A stretch of DNA of 6,197 bases. Origin: Candidatus Electronema aureum (GTDB lineage: Bacteria; Desulfobacterota; Desulfobulbia; Desulfobulbales; Desulfobulbaceae). This document shows, in pieces, positions 1 through 6,197 of the stretch (position 1 is its first letter; each line of letters opens with the position of its first letter). The DNA is taken from NCBI GenBank assembly GCA_004284765.1, contig NQJD01000067.1, positions 1 through 6,197 on the forward strand, written 5' to 3'. The notes under the pieces are model-generated. The model searched no databases. It saw only the letters and a program-made list of their open reading frames with translations, and was not told where the DNA came from. Made by a program: the position numbers and the translations under genes.

Positions 1-602
<602 letters not shown>

Positions 603-746
603 GATCTTGAATTTTTGCCCTTTCGAGCAACTCATAAATTGGAATCGACGTGAATATCATCTCTGACTTTCACATCTTTTTTACTTCATGAGCGTTTGTA
701 AGCCAATTAAGACTTAGTTCCGAAGAACTTGGCAATCGCCTTCAAA

Positions 747-804
747 CGCCCACGCTTATCGGCTGTAAATTTTTAATGAACCGAAGATTTTTTTACTTTC
801 TTCG
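747..804 (-). promoter_or_regulatory. rrn leader antitermination module: boxB-like hairpin, boxA-like and boxC-like elements
   Basis: The minus strand reads CGAAGAaagtaaaaaaaTCTTCG (perfect 6-bp stem, 782-804). It is followed by GGTTCATTAAAAATTTA (766-782), which matches E. coli rrn boxA plus flank TGCTCTTTAACAATTTA at 13/17 positions. Next comes CAGccgataaGCGTGGGCG (boxC-like at 747-755). From my memory of the E. coli leader (AATTTATCAGACAATCTGTGTGGGCAC), the GTGGGC block sits at nearly the same distance from boxA. The module lies ~25 nt downstream of the predicted start of the proximal promoter, as in E. coli. Confidence 0.6.
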
Positions 805-834
805 TTTGCTTTGCTGTGATCAGCGAAGCCTTGA

Positions 835-886
835 ATTATGACACAGTTTTGAAGCTTTTGTCAAAAATGTTTTAAAAAACTTTTGC
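835..886 (-). promoter_or_regulatory. Proximal sigma70-type rRNA operon promoter with an AT-rich UP-like tract
   Basis: The minus strand reads gcAAAAGTTTTTTAAAACATTT-TTGACA-(18 nt)-CATAAT. The -35 TTGACA is the rc of 859-864 and the -10 CATAAT is the rc of 835-840. The A/T tract immediately upstream (865-886) resembles an UP element. It sits ~225 nt upstream of the 16S 5' end and just upstream of the boxB/boxA module. Confidence 0.55.
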
Positions 887-925
887 AAAGATTCTAGCTT
901 TGCGCAGTTTTTAGCACAGCCCGCT

Positions 926-952
926 ATTCTAGCATGCATTTTCGTGACTCAA
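926..952 (-). promoter_or_regulatory. Candidate upstream rrn promoter with an extended -10
   Basis: The minus strand reads TTGAGT-(15 nt)-TAGAAT followed by the GC-rich discriminator-like AGCGGGC. The last three spacer bases, tgc, supply the TGn of an extended -10. TAGAAT is the rc of 926-931 and TTGAGT is the rc of 947-952. The 15-nt spacer is short, so the call depends on the extended -10. Confidence 0.3.
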
Positions 953-965
953 AACTATACCCGCT

Positions 966-994
966 ATTGAAAAGCTAGACACGATACCTGTCAG
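966..994 (-). promoter_or_regulatory. Candidate distal rrn promoter overlapping the cheB 3' end
   Basis: The minus strand reads CTGACA-(17 nt)-TTCAAT followed by AGCGGGT. The -35 (rc of 989-994) lies inside the cheB coding sequence and the spacer spans the cheB stop codon. Both hexamers are weak. It shares the AATAGCGGG motif with the 926-952 candidate. Confidence 0.2.
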
Positions 995-2072
995 TGGTGG
1001 CACCCAACTTTGACAGGAGGGCATCTGCGATCCCAAGCAATGGCAACACCTCATCGGCAGCCCCGTGAAGAATTGCCTCCCGAGGCATTCCAAACACGAT
1101 GCAACTTGCTTCATCCTGTACATAGTTGTAGCTGCCTGCATCTTTCATTTCCTTCATCGCTTTCGCACCATCATTGCCCATGCCGGTCAACATGACCCCA
1201 AACGCATTGCGCCCCACCACCCGAGCAACGGACTTAAACAACACCTCGACGGACGGCCTATGCCTATTAACCAGCTCGCCATCTTCCACAATACAAACAT
1301 AGTTAGCGCCGCTTTTGTCCACCCGGAACTGCTTCCCTCCCGGAGCGATATACGCATGCCCAGGAAGAATTCGCTCTCCGTTTACCGCCTCTTGAACAGT
1401 TATCTGGCACAAGCTATTGAGCCGGGCGGCAAAGCTGGTGGTGAAGCCGGGTGGCATATGCTGGGTAATCACAATCCCCGGTGAGTCAGCGGGCATACGC
1501 GTCAAAATTTCCTTAATCGCCTCGGTGCCCCCTGTTGATGCACCGATACAAATCAGCTTCTCAGTCGATACACGCCCAATCGGCACGTGCTCTGAACGTA
1601 ACGGCAAGGCAGCCCCGCCGGTTTTCGCATCTGTTGTCGTCGGCAGCCCCGTCTGCGTTGCTCGCCTGATATGAGCGGACGCCGCAATGCGCACTTTTTC
1701 CACAATCTGGGTCGCGAGCTCATTAATGCCTTCCGCAAGACCTATTCGCGGCTTCGCTACAAAGTCGACTGCCCCGAGCTCTAAGGCCCGCATCGTCACC
1801 TCAGCTCCTCGCTCCGTTAGGGTTGAAATCATTACAACTGGCATGGGACGCAACCGCATAAGTCGGGCCAAAAAATCAATGCCATCCATTTTTGGCATCT
1901 CTATATCCAGCGTTATGACATCAGGATTGAGTTCTCGGATCATTTCGCGTGCAATGAGTGGGTCGTTTGCAGCGCCAACACATTCCATGTCCTTTTGACG
2001 GTTGATGATCTCCGTGAGCAACCCTCTTACCAGAGCGGAATCATCCACAACCACAACACGAATCTTCTTCAA
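975..2072 (-). CDS. cheB: Chemotaxis response regulator protein-glutamate methylesterase CheB
   Basis: 365-aa ORF. The N-terminal receiver domain has VVVDDS, the phospho-acceptor context [14 protein letters not shown], and FVAKP. The C-terminal methylesterase domain has an intact catalytic triad context: IGASTGG (Ser), [10 protein letters not shown] (His) and LTGMGNDGA (Asp). The start codon is TTG (2070-2072), preceded by GAGGTG at 7-nt spacing that overlaps the cheD stop. Confidence 0.95.
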   Translation of the reverse strand: MKKIRVVVVDDSALVRGLLTEIINRQKDMECVGAANDPLIAREMIRELNPDVITLDIEMPKMDGIDFLARLMRLRPMPVVMISTLTERGAEVTMRALELGAVDFVAKPRIGLAEGINELATQIVEKVRIAASAHIRRATQTGLPTTTDAKTGGAALPLRSEHVPIGRVSTEKLICIGASTGGTEAIKEILTRMPADSPGIVITQHMPPGFTTSFAARLNSLCQITVQEAVNGERILPGHAYIAPGGKQFRVDKSGANYVCIVEDGELVNRHRPSVEVLFKSVARVVGRNAFGVMLTGMGNDGAKAMKEMKDAGSYNYVQDEASCIVFGMPREAILHGAADEVLPLLGIADALLSKLGATTDRYRV

Positions 2073-2081
2073 GTCAACACC

Positions 2082-2825
2082 TCAAAACAAGTCAATCGAT
2101 CCACCAGCAGTAGACCTTGCCACTGTGGCAGCATTCCCTCGCCGCTCTTCCACAGCCAAGGTTTCGGGGTGCGAATGTGCCAAGCGTTTAACCAGCGCCT
2201 TACCAGTTATGGGAAAGAAGCACACTTTTCTGGGATGAATATCGAGTACATCCTGGGATACAACGGGAATACGCTCAGTCGAGAGGTAATCCAACACAAA
2301 CTGGGTATTGCGCTCCCCCACATTCATGGTGGTAAAACCGGCCATCACCTGCGCGCCACCAAATATCTTTGCCTGCATCGTTTCACGACGGGCACCCAAC
2401 TTGAACATCTCGTTGATCAACAACTCCATTGCATAGGACCCATACCGCCCGGATCCTTCTCCTCCGTCCCCCTCGGGCAACATGAAATGATTCATTCCAC
2501 CCGTGCGTGCCTTTCCATCCCAAATGCAGGCGGCGATACAAGAGCCCAGTACAGTCATGACGACCAGATCTTCGTTAGAAACGAAATACTCGCCTGGTAA
2601 AACCTTGACGGCATCGTATTGAAAGTGGTGATCGGCGTAGAAGAACGAAGCCTCTCCCGGCTTACGAGGTTGCGCTTTTAACTGATCGACCCTTGAAATA
2701 CGACCGTTTGCCAGAATTTTGGGTGAAGGCATTCCCCCGCCTTGCACTGTTCCGCCAGGCACCCTAGCGCTATATTGGGGCAGGTTCATGTAAGCCTTAA
2801 TGCCGGTGAAAATGGGTTGCGCCAC
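2082..2825 (-). CDS. cheD: Chemoreceptor glutamine deamidase CheD (start uncertain)
   Basis: The CheD core is recognisable (DAVKVLPGEYFV, VLGSCIAACIWD with the catalytic Cys, GGMNHFMLP with the catalytic His), and the gene sits between cheR and cheB. The longest ORF starts at GTG 2825 with no Shine-Dalgarno. Alternative starts are ATG 2789 (TAAGG upstream) and ATG 2732 (AAGGCGGGGGA upstream), giving 235 aa or 216 aa. Confidence 0.88.
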   Translation of the reverse strand: MAQPIFTGIKAYMNLPQYSARVPGGTVQGGGMPSPKILANGRISRVDQLKAQPRKPGEASFFYADHHFQYDAVKVLPGEYFVSNEDLVVMTVLGSCIAACIWDGKARTGGMNHFMLPEGDGGEGSGRYGSYAMELLINEMFKLGARRETMQAKIFGGAQVMAGFTTMNVGERNTQFVLDYLSTERIPVVSQDVLDIHPRKVCFFPITGKALVKRLAHSHPETLAVEERRGNAATVARSTAGGSIDLF

Positions 2826-2843
2826 AGGCGTCTTAGGAAGGTG

Positions 2844-3761
2844 CTAGCGCCTCTCATAGACTGTCTTCCCCTTCAAAACAAACAGATCACGGGAGTCACT
2901 GAAGTTTTCGGCATGTCCAACAAACAACAAGCTCCCGGGCTTCATGACTCTATGGATACGCTCCAGTACCTTCCTCTGGGTTGGAGCGTCGAAATAAATC
3001 ATGACATTTCTACAGAAAACCACATCGAATGGATCTCGAAATGGCCAGTCATCGCGGATCAAATTGACCATCAAGAACTCAATGTACTGGGATAACTCAG
3101 GCTTCACCCGCACCATGCCATCATTACCGCCTTTTCCTCGCAAGAAGAACCGTTGCATCCGGCCCGCATCAATACCTTTAAGACCATCCAACCGATAGAC
3201 ACCGCGCGCAGCAGAAGCCAATACTTTTGAGTCAATATCACTGGCCACCAGTGAGAACTTGGGATGAGTGCCCAGTGTGTCCAACGCGGTCATGACAATC
3301 GAATAGGGTTCCTCCCCGGTTGAGGCAGCACTGCACCACACACTCCAAGGTGTGCCAGGTGGTTTGGATTTAAGGCGGTCTGCAAAAATTTCGAAATGGT
3401 GGTGTTCACGGAAAAATGACGTCAGATTTGTCGTTAATGCATTAACGAACTCCTGCCACTCCGGACTCTCAGAAGACTCAAGCCATCCGAGATATTCTCG
3501 AAAACTCTGATATCCGGTTTCGCGCAACCGACGCGACAGACGGCTATACACCATTGCATGCTTTCCGTCATGAAGACTTATACCAGCACGCTTGTAAATC
3601 ATCGCTTGCACGCGATCAAAGTCAGCATCTGTCCAGGCAAACTCTCGCCCCTGCATTCCCCCTGGCGCCCCAGAGGTCTCTTCCATTGATGCCCTCGCCT
3701 GCGTCACTCCAGGCCGTTCTTTCATCTTGGTTCCCGAGTCAGTGCCCCCCGCAAGCGGCAT
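2844..3761 (-). CDS. cheR: Chemotaxis protein methyltransferase CheR (start uncertain)
   Basis: The N-terminal helical domain reads FAWTDADFDRVQAMIYKRAGISLHDGKHAMVYSRLSRRLR. The SAM-binding fold contains VWCSAASTGEEPYS and VVFCRNVMIYFD. ATG 3761 has no Shine-Dalgarno. In-frame ATG 3686 is preceded by GCGAGGG at 5-nt spacing and ATG 3725 by GGGAA. The E. coli CheR N-terminal length would be compatible with 3725 or 3686. Confidence 0.92.
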   Translation of the reverse strand: MPLAGGTDSGTKMKERPGVTQARASMEETSGAPGGMQGREFAWTDADFDRVQAMIYKRAGISLHDGKHAMVYSRLSRRLRETGYQSFREYLGWLESSESPEWQEFVNALTTNLTSFFREHHHFEIFADRLKSKPPGTPWSVWCSAASTGEEPYSIVMTALDTLGTHPKFSLVASDIDSKVLASAARGVYRLDGLKGIDAGRMQRFFLRGKGGNDGMVRVKPELSQYIEFLMVNLIRDDWPFRDPFDVVFCRNVMIYFDAPTQRKVLERIHRVMKPGSLLFVGHAENFSDSRDLFVLKGKTVYERR

Positions 3762-3840
3762 ATATCAAATAGTGAGCCCATCACACCGGCAAATTTGGCC
3801 GGAAGAAGGCCGATGCAGTCAAAATTGGACGAAAAAAAGT

Positions 3841-4329
3841 TCACTCGGTAGTACCCACGAGCCCCATATCCGGCGCCGACATCAACCGCTCAATGTCCAG
3901 AAGAATGAGCATCCTGTCGCCTAAAGAGCCCAGGCCCAACACGGCAGAACTATCAATCACACTGTCAATATCCGGCGCCGATTTCAGGCTTTCAGGAGGC
4001 AACTCCATCACATCACTCACAGAGTCAACCACTATTCCAACAATCCGGTTTCGCAGATTCAAAATAATGACAACGGTAAACGAGTTGTACTCCGCTTTCG
4101 AACAACTGAACTTCAGGCGCATGTCCACGATGGGAACAATCGTCCCCCTCAAATTCACAACTCCCTTGATGAAATCTGGTGCATTGGCTACACGCGTGGG
4201 CGGCTCGTAGCCACGAATTTCCTGAACTTTCAGAATGTCAATTCCGTACTCCTCCTGATCCAGGCGGAATGTCAAATACTCTCTCGCGTCAGAAGACGTC
4301 AACTCATCCAGTTTTTCCATCATGCCCAT
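3841..4329 (-). CDS. cheW: Chemotaxis coupling protein CheW
   Basis: Typical single-domain CheW: EYLTFRLDQEEYGIDILKVQEIRGY, APDFIKGVVNLRGTIVPIVDMRLKF, LGDRMLILLDIERL. The ORF track starts at TTG 4344, but that TTG overlaps a perfect AAGGAGGA Shine-Dalgarno. That site sits 5 nt upstream of ATG 4327-4329, so I prefer ATG 4329 (162 aa). The maximal ORF is 3841-4344. Confidence 0.95.
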   Translation of the reverse strand: MGMMEKLDELTSSDAREYLTFRLDQEEYGIDILKVQEIRGYEPPTRVANAPDFIKGVVNLRGTIVPIVDMRLKFSCSKAEYNSFTVVIILNLRNRIVGIVVDSVSDVMELPPESLKSAPDIDSVIDSSAVLGLGSLGDRMLILLDIERLMSAPDMGLVGTTE

Positions 4330-4354
4330 GCTGTCCTCCTTCAATACGTTGACA

Positions 4355-6197
4355 TCAGTGCCGCGAGCGGCGAACTAAGGCTCCGGTGTCCAAAATGAGC
4401 GCTACCTTGCCATCGCCAAGAATTGTTGCACCCGACACGTTGGGAACTTTTCGGTAGTTGGACTCCAGATTTTTCACAACCACCTGCTGCTGCCCCAACA
4501 ACTCATCGACCAGCAAGGCCACGCGACTGCCATCGGCCTCCACCACGACCATGATGTCACACGATTTTTCAAAATCGAATCGAGGGATTTGGAATATCTT
4601 TTCCAACTCAATGACGGGCATGTACTCGTCACGAACTTTCACCAGTTGCGAGCCCTGCCCAACGGTACTCACGGCATCCGCCTTGACCTGGAATGACTCG
4701 ACGACCGACGACAAGGGAAGTATGTAGACCTCGCCCCCCACCCCAACCGACATGCCATCCATGATGGCAAGCGTCAGTGGCAAACGGACTGACACCTTCA
4801 TCCCATAGCCTTCTGCCGAGTCGATTTCCACCGTTCCGTTCAATGCGGCAATATTGCGCTTGACCACATCCATGCCGACACCACGACCAGAGACATCTGT
4901 GACGACCTCTGCGGTCGAGAATCCGGGAGCAAAAATCAATTGCCACACCTCCGCATCAGACATTTGGTCTGACACATCCAACCCACGTTCTCGGGCTTTG
5001 TTCAGTATCTTCTGCCTTGACATGCCTTTGCCATCGTCACGCACCTCAATCACGATAGAGCCACCCTGGTGGGATGCAGACAAAGTAATGGTTCCTGTTT
5101 CAGGCTTTCCGGCGGCCAAGCGTTCTGCGGGCGACTCGACACCATGATCACAACTGTTGCGGACCAAATGTGTCAAGGGGTCCGTAATTTTCTCCACCAA
5201 CCCCTTGTCCAACTCAGTCGCTTCTCCCTGTGTAACGAAGTCAACCTTCTTGCCAAGTTTGCTGGCAAGATCCCGCAACATGCGCGGGAAACGGCTGAAC
5301 ACAATGGACATCGGAATCATCCGAATCGACATCACGGACTCCTGCAAATCCCGTGTATTACGATCCAGATCCGCCAAACCCGAGAGCAGTTGTTGGTACA
5401 CAGCTGGATCCAGCGCTCGACTGTTCTGCGCCAGCATCGCCTGCGTAATAACCAGCTCTCCCACCAAATTTATCAACTGATCAACTTTGCTGATCGCTAC
5501 ACGAATCGTTGCCGCTTCTGGCTGCGCGGCGGCACTGGGTGATCCCGTTTTGGCGGGGACCTTGGCGACTGCTTTTGTATCTACTGTCCCACTGGAGGTT
5601 GCAACCGGTGCGCCGGGGGCGCCATCAAAGAATCCAAAACCCGGAAGGGGCGCCAATGGTGCCCCTGGGGGGGGATCATCCGCATAATCCGTCGCAGTCG
5701 CCGTCGATGCAACTAAAGGAGGCGCCACGGCAACCGCCAGATTCTCCATGGGTGCTGCGCTTTTCTCAGTGATCTGGATGTAATCCCTCGAAACATGAAA
5801 GGCAAACAGATCCAACAAATCCTCGTCAGAAGAGACCGTTTTCACTGCGAAGAATCGCGTATTCTTCACATCCGATGGCAGTGCAACAATTTCCCCTAGG
5901 CCGGGTATGTCCCTGAATAATTCCTGCACCGCATCCGCCTGCTCTGGACGCTCCAGTGGTCCGATCCGTATCTCCAACGACCGGCCACCAGATCGCTCAC
6001 TCTCACCCGAAGACGCTGCTGCGGTAGGGGGCGGCGGCGGTGGAGCAACCACCGCCTGTGGAGCCGGGGATGCAGCCGGCGTTTTTCCGGCAGCCAACTC
6101 GCTGATCCGTCGCACCAAATCACCCGTGGGAAGAACGTCGCCCTCTCCACCAGCCTGATGGCGCGCAAGCAGACTGCGAGAGGCGTCCGCAGACTCC
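4355..6197 (-). CDS. cheA: Chemotaxis histidine kinase CheA, partial (N-terminal Hpt/P1 domain beyond the right edge)
   Basis: The frame stays open from 6118 to the window edge (...ESADASRSLLARHQAGGEGDVLPTGD then LVRRISELA). The M at 6118 in the track is an internal TTG. There is a P2-like segment, then the P3 dimerisation helix IRVAISKVDQLINLVGELVITQAML. The kinase boxes are N (HLVRNSCDHG), G1 (DDGKGM), F (FAPGFST) and G2 (GRGVGMD). The C terminus is a CheW-like P5 domain (VVVKNLESNYRKVPNVSGATILGDGKVALILD). It is collinear with E. coli CheA as I recall it. Confidence 0.95.
   Translation of the reverse strand, partial: ESADASRSLLARHQAGGEGDVLPTGDLVRRISELAAGKTPAASPAPQAVVAPPPPPPTAAASSGESERSGGRSLEIRIGPLERPEQADAVQELFRDIPGLGEIVALPSDVKNTRFFAVKTVSSDEDLLDLFAFHVSRDYIQITEKSAAPMENLAVAVAPPLVASTATATDYADDPPPGAPLAPLPGFGFFDGAPGAPVATSSGTVDTKAVAKVPAKTGSPSAAAQPEAATIRVAISKVDQLINLVGELVITQAMLAQNSRALDPAVYQQLLSGLADLDRNTRDLQESVMSIRMIPMSIVFSRFPRMLRDLASKLGKKVDFVTQGEATELDKGLVEKITDPLTHLVRNSCDHGVESPAERLAAGKPETGTITLSASHQGGSIVIEVRDDGKGMSRQKILNKARERGLDVSDQMSDAEVWQLIFAPGFSTAEVVTDVSGRGVGMDVVKRNIAALNGTVEIDSAEGYGMKVSVRLPLTLAIMDGMSVGVGGEVYILPLSSVVESFQVKADAVSTVGQGSQLVKVRDEYMPVIELEKIFQIPRFDFEKSCDIMVVVEADGSRVALLVDELLGQQQVVVKNLESNYRKVPNVSGATILGDGKVALILDTGALVRRSRH

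Noticed and set aside
874-903. Hairpin GCAAAG-ctagaat-CTTTGC followed by aaaagTTTTTT on the minus strand, considered as the che operon terminator
   Set aside because: The stem is only 6 bp with 3 G-C pairs, and the T-run is displaced 5 nt from the stem. The T/A tract is better explained as the UP-like element of the proximal rrn promoter.
929-1141. 70-aa minus-strand ORF spanning the cheB 3' end and the rrn upstream region
   Set aside because: It is an alternative frame of cheB that extends into promoter DNA, and its Cys-rich sequence resembles nothing I recognise. The ORFs at 1553-1738, 4629-4946 and 5896-6168 are rejected for the same reason.
2041-2049. DnaA-box-like 9-mer tcatccaca (one mismatch to TTATCCACA)
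   Set aside because: It is a single isolated near-match inside the cheB coding sequence, with no cluster of boxes and no AT-rich unwinding element.
2070-2846. cheR, cheD and cheB share one reading frame, separated by only 6 and 3 sense codons after TAG and TGA stops, which raises the idea of read-through fusion proteins
   Set aside because: Three genes sharing a frame has about a 1 in 9 chance probability. No read-through-promoting context is recognisable. A Shine-Dalgarno site overlapping the cheD stop points to ordinary translational coupling.
3866-3981. Exact 14-nt direct repeat atatccggcgccga at 3866-3879 and 3968-3981 inside cheW
   Set aside because: Both copies encode SAPD(M/I) in frame within CheW. 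My rough estimate is a several-percent chance of one 14-mer coincidence in about 6 kb. There are no flanking features of a mobile element or recombination site.
1010-6158. Many plus-strand ORFs of 61-201 aa (for example 1065-1484, 1687-1998, 1995-2600, 2742-3095, 3893-4210, 4854-5147, 5069-5542 and 5907-6158)
   Set aside because: Every one lies antisense to a well-supported che gene. Their products are low-complexity and rich in Ser, Arg, Pro, Thr and His, with no recognisable motifs or convincing ribosome-binding sites. They look like typical shadow ORFs of moderately GC-rich coding DNA.

Overview
This window looks like ordinary core chromosome. All supported features are on the minus strand. 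From right to left they are a compact chemotaxis operon segment, cheA (5' end beyond the right edge), cheW, cheR, cheD and cheB. An AT-rich rRNA operon control region of about 370 nt follows, then the first ~600 nt of a 16S rRNA gene that runs off the left edge. The control region holds promoter candidates, a UP-like tract and a boxB/boxA/boxC antitermination module. The 16S fragment and the cheR-cheD-cheB order look betaproteobacterial (Burkholderiales-like), judged from memory only and not from a search. I saw no mobile element, CRISPR array, tRNA, defence-type gene or orphan ORF, and no support for a novel system. All plus-strand ORFs in the track look like antisense shadows of the che genes. 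The points worth a second look are modest. The che operon abuts the rrn promoters with no convincing terminator, and cheY/cheZ are absent from the window. Short repeats and stacked promoter candidates sit upstream of rrn. The only long gap in the operon (cheW-cheR) is where related clusters, as I recall them, carry a receptor gene. The long Ala/Pro-rich CheA linker contains a GFGFFDG motif. Several start codons probably need reassignment.
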